Source: Eledone cirrhosa (Eukaryota). From it: a DNA stretch of 64,000 nucleotides. The stretch spans positions 44,702,001 through 44,766,000 of the forward strand of contig OZ024750.1 of the NCBI GenBank assembly GCA_964016885.1. The letters are read 5' to 3'. Under the pieces are notes generated by a model. That model was not told the origin of the DNA. It ran no database searches and saw only the letters and a program-made list of their open reading frames with translations. Positions 1-11,031 of the stretch are shown piece after piece (position 1 is the first letter of the stretch; each line of letters starts with the position of its first letter). Made by a program: the position numbers and the translations under genes.

Positions 1-184
1 GGTGGTGATCCCTCTTATTGGGGAACTTTCATTGTTGTATTTTTATTGTTATTTTGTTTTTTTGTTATTTATACTTACTCGATCTCTATGTAAACCCCCA
101 CTGTCCCTGTCTATTGTGTTGTCCCCTATATGTCGGCCCTTGTGGCCAATAAATGAAATCATTATTATTATTATTATTATTATT
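1..184 (+). mobile_element. 3' UTR and (ATT)n tail of an upstream copy of the L1/Tx1-type LINE (cut by window edge)
   Basis: 1-160 is near-identical to 5856-6021 (one 6-bp indel); AATAAA at 148-153, then about 8 ATT units. Confidence 0.93.
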
Positions 185-394
185 GACGAAAGTGGATGTA
201 CGTTTTTTGAAGCTCCGTGAGTAAGCAATTTTTTGAGGATTAATTGTAGAGAATTGTTTATTTTTTGTACCGCTGAAGCATTATAAGACATTAATTTGTA
301 TCCTGTGAAGGAATAACTCATAATATTTGGGCCTTTTGGCCCAAATATTTGAACTTTATTTTGGAAAAAATAATAATTTTTTTCTCAAAAAAAC

Positions 395-2305
395 ATGGCG
401 GAGCCACGCCCCCTAGAGGCGGGTCTGCTGTCGTGCAACGGCGACTTGAGCGTTGAGAGGAGAGGTGAGGCGAGGAGCGCCACCAGCACGAATGTGAGCA
501 GCGACAGTGCCAGCACCAACGGGCCGAGCGGCGCGGAAGGTGGTAACAGCGACAACACCAACACCAACAAGCCGAACAGCGCAGAAGGTGGTAATGGCGA
601 GAGCACCAACAAAACGAACAGCACAGAGAGTAATAGTAGCGACAGCAACAGCACCAACAAGGCCAACAGCACAGAGGGTAACCACGACACAGGGGAGAAC
701 AACAACAGCAATAGCAGCAGCAACACCAACAAGAACAACAACAGTGACAACACCAACAAGAACACCTTTGCTGCTGTGGCAGCGGCTAAAAGGAGACCAT
801 GCTACAGCATCGACTTAACCAACAGAGAGGAAAAGTTGGCCCAGGCCTGGAAAATCATAAATCAAGAGCAGACCTGGGCAAACTTAACTGTCCCGGCAGA
901 AGCCATTGAGGCAGTGGAAAAAAGAACGGTGCATTTCAGATGCATCTCAGTAGAGACAAAGAGGGCAGCGATAATCGCCCAAGCTGACATAGAAGCCGCA
1001 CTGAAATACATCAGAGAGGACACAGACTTCATAGAGAGGGGCAGGCAATACGGCACCGTTTCGGTGCTGTTCAAGTCTGAAGCCCTCGCTGTGAAGCATT
1101 CAATGACCCCTTGCAAAACCAGCAAGGTTATAATGTACCCCTCCCACATGGGAAAACGAATAGCACGTGTGCGCATTCCCAGGATTCCACCAGGACTTGA
1201 TATGTGGTGGCTCCTGGGTTGCGTAATCGTGGAAGGAACGGATACAGTCCCGGTAGAGGCAACGAGAACTGCCAGGGACGACTGGTCCGGGGTTGATCTG
1301 GAGATACTGCTCCAAATCAGACCCGAAAACGTAAAAGCAATCCCGGACCACATCCGCCTCCAAAACGGGAGGGTGTTGCATATAATGACTGAGGGCAAAA
1401 GGCCGCATTGTTTCCTTTGTGGGGAAACGACACACTTGCGAGCCTTCTGCCCTCAACTGCCGAAAAGCGCAAGGGGTCGAAAGATTCCACTGCTGGCGAC
1501 GCCGGGACAAGGACCACCAGCAACACCGTCAACAATGGAACCACCAAAATTGCACACCCAGGGGGGAAACGAGGAAAGCTCTCCCATTCCCCCTCCCCCC
1601 CAAAATACACACACGAACAAGAACATAAACACTCACTCAGACACAAACACGCTCACAGCCACAGACCCCTCATCCTCCAGCAGTGAAGATGAGGGAAAAC
1701 CAAAGTGCCCCAAAATACAAAAAACAAAACACAAAAAAAAAAGAAATCCACAAAGCACAAACACCCCCACAAAAAAAAATACACACACCACCCACACAAA
1801 CATTTTCCCCACAGCATCACCAACACAACCACCAAAATCCCCCAAACGCAAACAAGCTAAACAGACACAAGAACAAATAGACACACAAACATCAGAAACT
1901 ACAGACACCCCACCCACAACAAACGCAGACACAATAGAAACAACACTAACAAAGCTATCACCACCACAATCACACGAACAAATAAAACCCGAGCAACAAA
2001 ACATTAAAAACTTCGTGCTTGCCAGAAGGGCCAACAAGGAATTGATGGCCCATGTAGCACGAAGCACAAACATCGAAAAAGAGGGGGAAACATTTGAAGC
2101 GAGCACATTTCGCGCACCAGATAATTTGCTTCTGATGCGAATGTCGCTCGCTTCATACAAAGAAATTCGAAAGAGCTTTCCTCGGGATGTGGGAACCCCG
2201 AACGTAAAACCCACGTCAAGACTATTAAAGGGGTTCCCAAAAGAAACCCCACAAACCATGGAGGTCGAACCACCCGACCTTCACAAGACCCCGGAAGGTA
2301 AGTAA
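395..2305 (+). CDS. LINE ORF1, gag-like nucleic-acid-binding protein (636 aa)
   Basis: Open ATG-TAA frame; zinc knuckle CFLCGETTHLRAFC (1409-1450); Asn/Ser-rich N-terminus and Thr/Pro/Lys-rich C-terminal region; lies directly upstream of ORF2. Confidence 0.88.
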   Translation: MAEPRPLEAGLLSCNGDLSVERRGEARSATSTNVSSDSASTNGPSGAEGGNSDNTNTNKPNSAEGGNGESTNKTNSTESNSSDSNSTNKANSTEGNHDTGENNNSNSSSNTNKNNNSDNTNKNTFAAVAAAKRRPCYSIDLTNREEKLAQAWKIINQEQTWANLTVPAEAIEAVEKRTVHFRCISVETKRAAIIAQADIEAALKYIREDTDFIERGRQYGTVSVLFKSEALAVKHSMTPCKTSKVIMYPSHMGKRIARVRIPRIPPGLDMWWLLGCVIVEGTDTVPVEATRTARDDWSGVDLEILLQIRPENVKAIPDHIRLQNGRVLHIMTEGKRPHCFLCGETTHLRAFCPQLPKSARGRKIPLLATPGQGPPATPSTMEPPKLHTQGGNEESSPIPPPPQNTHTNKNINTHSDTNTLTATDPSSSSSEDEGKPKCPKIQKTKHKKKRNPQSTNTPTKKNTHTTHTNIFPTASPTQPPKSPKRKQAKQTQEQIDTQTSETTDTPPTTNADTIETTLTKLSPPQSHEQIKPEQQNIKNFVLARRANKELMAHVARSTNIEKEGETFEASTFRAPDNLLLMRMSLASYKEIRKSFPRDVGTPNVKPTSRLLKGFPKETPQTMEVEPPDLHKTPEGK

Positions 2306-2334
2306 ACCTTTCCTCTCCCATTCATCCTGCCAGC

Positions 2335-5300
2335 ATGGCCATAAGAGTAGGAAGTTTAAATGTTCGTGGCCTGGGGTCGCCCTGGAAGCAAGGTCACTTG
2401 CTCAACGACCTCAGGTCACTAGGAATGGATGTAATTGCCATCAGCGAGACCAGAATTTCCGACACACGCGCACTGGCGCCGATTTTCGACGATTATCAGA
2501 TCTTTGCATCTGTTAGTCGGCCGGGAATGGGAGGTGGAGTGGCTGTGCTGTTTAGGAAATGTCTGGATCTCGAGGTAAGGTCAATCTTCCGGGATCCTGA
2601 CGGAAAGTTGGTGGTCCTGGACGTGAGCAATAGCGAAGGTGGTGCCTTTAGACTGGTGGCCGTCTACGCCCCTACTGGGGCCGGTCGGCCGGACTTCTTT
2701 AGGCGCCTGGAAAACTTTCTGCTTACGTCTCGCCCTTTACTGTTAATAGGGGATTGGAATGGCATCTTAGAAGCACGCTGGGATTGTGTGGGAGTATCTG
2801 ATAGGAGCGGGGGGTGCAAAAGCCTCAAGTACCTGATCAGCCAGTTTCAACTGTCTGACAGGTACCGACTAGATTTCCCTAATGCGCCAGTATGGACCTG
2901 GACCAATCGCATAGGGTCATCTAGATCGTACATAGATAGGATTTTCATTAGGAAAAGAGATAGAAATAGTGTAGGATGTCCACATTTTAAAACGGTTGCC
3001 TATTCAGATCACAAGCTTGTGATCTGTATGGTCGACCTAGATAAGACACGTAGGTTAGGACCTAGCTACTGGAAGCTAAACATGTCGTTTCCGGCACGTA
3101 AAGCTTACAGGGACCGGGTCAACAACTTAGTTAAGCAAAAGTTGACAGGGGGGGGGGGGGGGTTGTCAACAACAGGTGGTGGGGGGCTCTCAAAAGAGAG
3201 ATTAGAGCAACCTCGATAGGATTTAGCAAAGAAGTAGCAATAGAGAAAAATAGAAAGGAGGACGGGCTGATAGCTAAGTTAGACGAGGCTATTTGTAGTG
3301 GCATTGCAACAGACGTGCTAGCGGCGAGAATGGCACTAGACCATTTCTTCAATGCGAAACACGAAGGTTGCATTGTCAGAGCTAAGGCGCGTGCTCTGAG
3401 GAACGAGGGAACCAAAGCTGCCCGATGGGCTCGCTTTGCAGAGACGCAGCGTGGAAATAAAACCACAATTCGGTCTTTGACGGATCGAGATGGACACGAA
3501 CTGAGCGATTCCAAGCAGATGTGTAAGGCCTTTCGCCAGAACTTTGCTCGATTGTTCGGGAGGATGGGTGAGTCGGAGACGGCGGCGGACTTCAGTCCCT
3601 ACCTCGACGGCTTGCCACGCCTCTCGACGGCCGACGCTGAGCGCTGCGAAGAGCCGATAACATCAGTCGAAATTCAGGACGCCCTTGTCGGCTGCTCGAG
3701 TCGCAAGTCACCCGGTTTGGATGGTCTGCCCTACGAGCTTTACGTAAATATGCCAGACTTGTTCTCCGATCTCCTCGAAGCGCTCTACTGTAACTGGCAG
3801 CAGAACGGGAGCATTCCCAGTTCTGTGAGCCGTGGCGTAGTGACGCTGATAAGGAAAGACGAGAACAAGAGGGACACACTAGATAATTTCAGGCCCATAA
3901 CCCTGCTCAACACAGAGTTTAAGATTTTGGCCAAGGTGTTAGCGAAAAGGTTGGCGCTTGTCGTCAAAGATTTGGTTGGGGAGGCGCAAACTTGCGCAAT
4001 CCCGACCAGGTCCATACACGACAACCTCCACCTCATGCGATACATCATAGAGAGGGTTGGGTGCAAACCTGGCTTCGGTGGGGCTCTGATCAATTTAGAT
4101 CAATCGAAAGCATTCGATAGGGTCGACCATCGGTACTTGGAGGCTGTCCTCGAGGCGGCTGGCTTCGGCCCCGTCTTCAGAAGCTGGATCGCTGCAATGT
4201 ACAGCGGCATCCGCTCGGTGGTCAAAGTTAATGGCCACCTCTCGGAACCGTTTCAGATCTCTCGATCGGTCCGTCAAGGGTGCCCTCTCTCCTCACTTCT
4301 GTACGTATTGACTCTTGAGCCTCTACTGCGGAAGCTGGAGTTGTTGCAGGGCATCCCGCTCGAACCGGGACGTAGAAAGGCTGCGTCCGCTTATGCGGAC
4401 GACATCACCGTGATGGTGTCGGACACCTCGGAAATCGAGGTGATCCGCACCCATTTGGAGGAATATGAAAGGTTGACGGGAGCAAAACTTAACCCGGAAA
4501 AGTCGGTGGGCTTGCAGCTCGGCACCTGGAGAGGCAAGTCCATGCCGTCCAACAGCGTCGTTGGGCGCTGGACAGACGGACCGGTAAAGTTGCTCGGGGT
4601 TTGGTTCGGACCAGACCTCCAGGTGGATAAGAATTGGGACGAGGTGACGAGCAGGATAGCCAACCTCACCCAGAAATGGGCTGAGAGAAAGCTATCACTG
4701 AAAGGGCGGGCGGAGGTGGCGAACGCGTACATCGCGTCCGTCATCTACTACCGCCTGACCGTCGTGCCTTGCCCCCGTCCACGCCTCGCCAATTTGGAAC
4801 GGCTCCTTTTCAAATTTTTGTGGAGGGGACGGGTCCCGTTGGTGAGGCGGTCCATCTGCTGCCAGCACCCTCTTCGTGGAGGGCTGGGCATGCCGTGGCT
4901 AATGATGCGCAGACATGCGCTGAGGCTGCGACATCTCCAGATATTTTGCCTAAACGGTGAACAGGTGTGGTCGCCGTTTGTTAGACGGGCCTTTCCGCAG
5001 CTCATCTCTTTGACTGAGCTGCAGTCCTGGGTCAAGAAGAGACCGAGACTGGGCGACTGGCATCTGGAATGTTGCCAGGCGCTCACTGCACTCTGCAAGG
5101 TGGGCAATGCGGTCAGTGGAACTTCCACTCAAGATTTCTATAGAGGATTAGTGGAGGGCAAGTGCGATGACGTACTAGGAGAGGCTCTGGGCGTCAACGA
5201 AGTAGAACTGACCAGTATGTTCCGGAGGACTTTCGAGCCGGGGACGATGGATAACTTCCAGAAATCCCTCGCTTGGCAGTGCTACCGGGGGGCGCTGCCG

Positions 5301-5762
5301 GTTCGGGATAAACTCTACAGGCACGGAAGTGCTGTCAGACGAACCTGCCCGAGATGCGCGCAGAGCGACGAAACCGTTCTGCACGCACTCGTCCAGTGTC
5401 CGTGCATTGCTGACTTGTGGGGTTATGTCGAACAGCTATTGTCGCGTGTAGAACGGATCCGGCTATCGTCCGAGTCCATAGTGAAGATTGACCCGCCGCC
5501 TTCTTTTGGTCAGGAAGGGCAGGCAATTTTCCTCTGCCTGGTGGCAGTAGCGAAAGAGGTTGCATGGTGGACCAGGTTGAAAGGACTGAAGACAGACACT
5601 TTTCTCTTCGGCCAATCCCTCATCAACTTCTTCAAGTTTCACTTGGAAAGGAAGGTGAGGGTGGAGAGAGAAGTGCTGCCCCCCAGTACATTTACTGAAA
5701 GGTGGGTGAATGTGGCGAGAATGGCCCGCGTGAGTGGGCCTACTCTGATCATGCGCCTGTAG
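2335..5762 (+). CDS. LINE ORF2 (AP endonuclease, reverse transcriptase, C-terminal CCHC) with one frameshift in the G15 run at 3148-3162
   Basis: APE motifs SLNVRGL, ISETR, IGDWN, SYIDRIF, SDH; RT motifs KSPGLDGLP, FRPITLLN, DQSKAFDRV, VRQGCPLS, AYADD; CPRC..ETVLHALVQC. The second frame is already open at 3162 (VVNNRWWGALKREIR). Confidence 0.92.
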
Positions 5763-6854
5763 GCTGGTGAATTCGAGAAGGAGAGGGGTGCCCTTCCCGG
5801 GTGCCCTAGGAGCGTCGGGTGGCTCAGGACTGGTGGGGTGCTTGAGTCAACCCTGGGTGGTGATCCCTCTTATTGGGGAACTTTCATTGTTGTATTTTTA
5901 TTGTTATTTTGTTTTTGTTTTTTTGTTATTTATACTTACTCGATCTCTATGTAAACCCCCACTGTCCCTGTCTATTGTGTTGTCCCCTATATGTCGGCCC
6001 TTGTGGCCAATAAATGAAATCATTATTAGTAGTAGTAGTAGTAGTGGTGGTGATGGTAGTAGTTGTACTAGTAGTAGTAGTAGTAGTAGTAGTAGTATAT
6101 GAGCACAGTGTGAGTGAACCAACCATTAAATGGTGTGAGGATTTTCTCTGTCGGGTTTTGTGGTGAACACGGTTGAAGGATTATTTGAGATTGCTCGTCC
6201 TCTCTTCTCAAGCCCTTATGAACATTTTCGAAGTGAAGTTACCAAAGAAGGTCCTCATCTCCAATTGGTTTTTATCTAAGTAGCGGAATCTCTTATGACT
6301 AAACTGAACCACCAGATGGTTGGTTGACAGAGTCGTTAGAACGACGGGTGGAAGGCTTTACAGTATTGTTTCGTTTTTTTTAAAACCACCAGCAACAAGG
6401 ACCACTATATCATGCAGACCGCAGTATCTCCTCGTTCAATGACGACCACCACTCTTATTCTTCTCCTTATTCTTGTTAACAGCAGACCAGACAAAAAACT
6501 TAGAGGGGTACTGCAATATATTCAGATATAGCTGAAAAATGTTGTCTCTGTGTTCAAATTCTGCATAAATCAAATATGTCTTTCATCCTTTCGAGGTCAC
6601 TAAATGAAGTGCCGGTCCAATACACGGCTTGACTCTTTCCCTATATTTCCCTCACTTCTTTATCCGGAGGAGATCGGTTGTATTCAGATGTGGAGAGGAG
6701 ATGGACTAAGCCAGATTTAAAGGGACCAATAAACGCCATAATATTATGACGGTGCACTTACGACTCCATATAAACTGACAAATACGGACAATAAGGTTCT
6801 GTAGACTGGAGAATAAGAACTAAGGGAAGGTACCCAATTTTGGGGCCATGGGCA

Positions 6855-7520
6855 CCCGAGCAGGTAGAGAAGTTCAAGTATCTCGGGGACATGTGCAGGA
6901 ATAATTGTTTCTACTTTTGGCACAAGGCCAGCAATTACCCAGTACATTACTGGTACTTTATTTTATCGACCCCGTAAGGATGAAAGGCAAAGTTAACCTC
7001 GACGGGATTTGAACTCACATCATAAAGGGACGTAACTCTATGCTTCAAAGCATGGTGTCCGACTCTCTACCGATACTGCCAATCCACCGCCTTGTGCAGG
7101 AATAATGGAAGGTAGGAGGGTGAATTAAGTGCAAGAATTGCAGGAGCTGATGCAGTGATGCACCAGCTTCAGTATTGAGTACTCAGGAAGGGAGGCGTCA
7201 AAGCCAAACTACCTATCTTCAATTCGGTATTCGTGCCAATACTTACCTATGGTCATGAAGCTTGGGTAATACCCGAAAGAATACGATCTCGAATACAAGT
7301 GAACGAAATGGGTCTCCTACGAAGGGTCTTTGAAGTAATGTTACTCGATAGAGTGCGAAGCTCAGAGAGCAGAGAGTCACTCGGGGTAGAGCTGTACTAC
7401 CTCAAATTGAGAAATCACTGCTCTGATATTATGGGCATGTGGTTAGAATGTCTCAGGCAAGAATCGCTGGATAGATTTTACGGGTGAAACCAACCGCTGA
7501 AAATTACTACCAGAAATAGA
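6855..7520 (+). pseudogene. Decayed RTE-clade LINE RT 3' fragment, interrupted by a SINE
   Basis: EQVEKFKYLG at about 6858-6887; PILTYGHEAW...RIQVNEMGLLRRV...DRVRS at 7233-7390. Confidence 0.72.
6906..7092 (-). mobile_element. tRNA-derived SINE (family 1), full length with 14-bp target-site duplication
   Basis: Minus strand: A box TGGCAGTATCGG, B box GAGTTCAAATCC, core GCCTTTCATCCTTACGGGGTCGATAAAATAAAGTACCAG; TSD TGTGCAGGAATAAT at 6892-6905 and 7093-7106. Confidence 0.9.
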
Positions 7521-7539
7521 TGGAGGTTTAACACTTCAA

Positions 7540-7650
7540 GAGACTGGCGCTCTGTCCAGGGTGAAGTCTAGTACTCTTAGTTGCTTCATAGCACGGAAAC
7601 CGGGAAAAGCACTGGACAGATGAGCCTCCGGCCTCGAGAGAGACTTTAAA
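7540..7650 (+). mobile_element. 3' fragment of SINE family 2
   Basis: GACTGGCG...TCCAGGG...GAAACCGGG matches 13107-13215. Confidence 0.6.
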
Positions 7651-7700
7651 TAAGTACTGAAGCCGATATCCTCGTCTTCCACAACCCACAACAATAAACA

Positions 7701-7832
7701 TTGCCATTCTGAGTTCAAATCCCGCCGAGGTTAACTTTACCTTTCATCCTTACGGGGTCGATAAAATAAAGTACCAGTAATGCACTGGTATAATTGCTGG
7801 CCTTGTGCCAATAGTAGAAGCAATTATTATTA
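7701..7832 (+). mobile_element. SINE family 1, 5'-truncated
   Basis: B box, conserved core and 3' end GGCCTTGTGCCAATAGTAGAAGCAATTATT. Confidence 0.85.
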
Positions 7833-8359
7833 AGACTATGTTTCTTTCTATTTATATATTTTGTTTGGAAATTATGAAAGTTATTTAGATTCTGTTTTGT
7901 TTATAACACTCCAACTTGGTTTGCTCTCTTTCATATTGAACTAAACTACCATTAGCAACATTAACATTAACAGCTTTAGTAGCATTAGCATTAGCAACAT
8001 TAGGCAGACGACATCTTAGTGACTATGTGTTACTACACTTCTTTTCACTCACAAATCAATGTACGCCTTTCTTTTTTTCCATTCCATTATCTTTCCTCTT
8101 TTCTGCTATGTTTCATTTAATCGGTATTTTTAGTGACAACGTTTTGTGTTGCTTTCTTTCTAACCTCTTTTATTCTCTTAATTTTTTTCCAAGGAAGGGG
8201 TGTTTCATTATTAAATGTCTTCTGCTTTCTTGCTTTCATTTCAATTTTCTTTTTGTAGGAAATAATTTTCTCTTCTTTCCAATTTTTCGCTTTAAAGGAA
8301 AATCATTCTTTCATTTCCAGCCATATCTTTCGCTTACGAATTCCATTGGCATGTTGTTT

Positions 8360-9320
8360 TACACATACGCACACAAACACACATAGATGCACACACTCAC
8401 ACACACTCACACACACACACACACACTCACACACATACACACAGACACACACACGCACAGAGAATGAGAGAGAGTGATAGGCATACACACACACACACAG
8501 ACATTAAGGCACACACACAATTACACACACACACAATTACACACAAACAGAGAGAGAGAGACACACACACACACAATTACACACAAACAGAGAGAGAGAG
8601 ACACACACACACAATCACACACAAACACAGAGAGAGAGAGACGATTACACACAAACACAGACAGAGAGAGCGAGAGAGAGAGACACACACATACACACAC
8701 AATCACACACAATCACACAGACAGAGAGAGAGAGAGAGAGACACACACAGACATTAAGGCACACACGCAATTACACATACACACACACACACACAATTAC
8801 ACACAAACAGAGAGAGAGACACACACACACAATTACACACAAACAGAGAGAGAGACACACACACACAATCACACACAAACACAGAGAGAGAGAGACAATT
8901 ACACACAAACACAGACAGAGAGAGCGAGAGAGAGAGAGAGAGACACACACATACACACACAATCACACACAATCACACAGACAGAGAGAGAGAGACACAC
9001 ACACACAGACATTAAGGCACACACACAATTACACATACACACACACACACACAATTACACACAAACAGAGAGAGAGACACACACACACACACAATTACAC
9101 ACAAACAGAGAGAGAGAGACACACACACACACAATTACACACAAACACAGAGAGAGAGAGACAATTACACACAAACACAGACAGACAGAGCGAGAGAGAG
9201 AGAGAGACACACACATACACACATACACACACAATCACACACAATCAGACAGACAGAGAGAGAGACACACACACACACAGAGACATTAAGGCACACACAT
9301 ACAATCACACCAGACACATA
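8360..9320. repeat. Compound (CA)n/(GA)n minisatellite
   Basis: Recurring CAATTACACACAAACAGAGAGAGAGACAC units with a larger repeat marked by ACATTAAGGC. Confidence 0.9.
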
Positions 9321-9566
9321 TTTACATAAATGTTCCTATTTCTCTCTTACTCTCTTCTCTATCTCTTTCTCTCTCATCCTTCTCCCTCTTCTCCCTCTCC
9401 TATCAACCCATCTTATTCTCTCTTCTTCTCCTCTTTCCTCCTTCTCGCTACCTTCTAGATTCTCTCTATTTCTTTAACTCTCTCATACCTCACTTGTACC
9501 CTTTATATTAGAGATTCTTACTTCTATCTACATTGTCCCCCCCCCCTCTCTATATATATATCTACC

Positions 9567-10035
9567 CGCTCCACATATGACGTATTATCTTCGTTTTTTC
9601 CGTTCATTGCCAGAGAACGCCTCTATGAACCACCTAATAGAACATTAGTCTACGACTTCTTTTATACCATAAACGTGGTTCTGTCTTTGCGTGCAATTGT
9701 TCTCCACGCTCCACATATGACGTAATATCTTCGTTTTTTTCCGTTCATTGCCAGAGAACGCCTCTATGAACCACCTAATAGAACATTAGTCTACGACTTC
9801 TTTTATACCATAAACGTGGTTCTGTCTTTGCGTGCAATTGTTCTCCACGCTCCACATATGACGTATTATCTTCGCTATTTTCGTTCATTGCCAGAGAACG
9901 TCTCTATGAACCACCTAAGAGAATATTAGTCTACGACTTCTTAATTACCATAAACGTGGTTCTGTCTTTGCGTGTAATTGTTTTCCACCGCTCCTATTAA
10001 TGACGTATTATATTCGTTTTTTCCCGTTCTTTGCC
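9567..10035 (+). repeat. Tandem repeat, ~140-bp unit x 3.3
   Basis: Units start at 9567, 9707, 9848 and 9989 (CGCTCCACATATGACG...). Confidence 0.93.
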
Positions 10036-10307
10036 AGTGAACGTCACCACGAACCAAAGTATCGTCTTTCCGTCTTCCTCCGGTTGCAACGTTTTTTGAA
10101 ATATCCACTTCTGCGTTCACAGATTGAATTTGTTAGTTTCAGAAGATCCCGTTAAGGGTGAAAGTAGCGATTCTTTGCTTAAACTTTAATCTGTTATTTT
10201 AATAAATATTTGCTCTACGGTTCTTATATATTTGATATATATTTTCCTTATCGAGCCCTCTTTGGATTTTAGTCTTCAAATTTATTATTATTACTATATA
10301 TATATAT

Positions 10308-10601
10308 AGGAGTGAGTATGACTCATACGGCAGAGATCAAGCTGTTTCGACGGCTATTTCTGGAAATAGCCGTCGAAACGGCTTGAGCTCAGCCGTCGGG
10401 GTCATACTCTCTCCTATATATATATATATATATAGCCGTTTTGATGGCAATTTCTGGACGGCTATTTCCAGAAATACCCGTCGAAACGGCTAGAGCTCTG
10501 CCGTCGGGGTCATACTCTCTCCTATTACCCACTCTACTACCCTAAGTGTTGAGTACTCTGGTGCGTTAAGGTCCATCTGGTTCCTTACCACAACTCCTTC
10601 G

Positions 10602-10603
<2 letters not shown>
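10308..10603 (+). mobile_element. Hammerhead family B element(s): fold-back plus forward copy in (TA)n
   Basis: Palindrome 10308-10416; GAAACGGC-loop-GCCGTC stem III; homologous to 34852-35046 (inverted). Confidence 0.7.
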
Positions 10604-10678
<75 letters not shown>

Positions 10679-10895
10679 GAGGTTATATTTAATTTGTTTC
10701 TCTCCTTTTTACATCTATTTTCTTCCAGCAGTTTCATTTAAATAAACGGTTATTTATTTTATTTTTTCGACACTCATTTACATACTCACTCACAACTTTG
10801 TATCACCCTCAAGTATCTCCACTATCCAGCGAATTTCAATCGTTAAGGTTGTCTTTTTTCCGGATATGTCAATATTTATTTATAAAACAAATCCG

Positions 10896-10961
10896 TATTT
10901 TATCTGATGAAAGCGCACCATAATTTACCTTGGTCGCCCTTGAAATATATATAATAAAATA
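10896..10961 (+). ncRNA. Type I minimal hammerhead ribozyme (family A)
   Basis: Stem I TATTTTAT/ATAAAATA; CTGATGA 10904-10910; stem II AAGCGCACCA/TGGTCGCCCTT; GAAA 10942-10945; TATATA; predicted cut after AUA at 10953. Confidence 0.78.
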
Positions 10962-10992
10962 AATATGGTTTTATAAATATAGTTTCCATTTA

Positions 10993-11031
<39 letters not shown>

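Larger units (their letters stand above)
185..6027 (+). mobile_element. Near full-length L1/Tx1-clade non-LTR retrotransposon
   Basis: AT-rich 5' UTR, ORF1 with CCHC knuckle, ORF2 with APE-RT-CCHC, 3' UTR with AATAAA 6009-6014 and short ATT tail running into (AGT)n. The 5' boundary is inferred from the end of the upstream tail. Confidence 0.92.

Noticed and set aside
226-238. CAATTTTTTGAGG, like the U5 snRNA Sm site (some Tx1 elements target snRNA genes)
   Set aside because: No U5 loop I or flanking stems; short chance match
2298-2333. GTAAGT...pyrimidine tract...CAG between ORF1 and ORF2 resembling an intron
   Set aside because: Only 36 nt; removal keeps the ORF1 frame and does not fuse to ORF2; a retroelement would be expected to lose it
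385-5565. Antisense and alternative-frame ORFs within the LINE
   Set aside because: Shadows of ORF1 and ORF2 with no motifs
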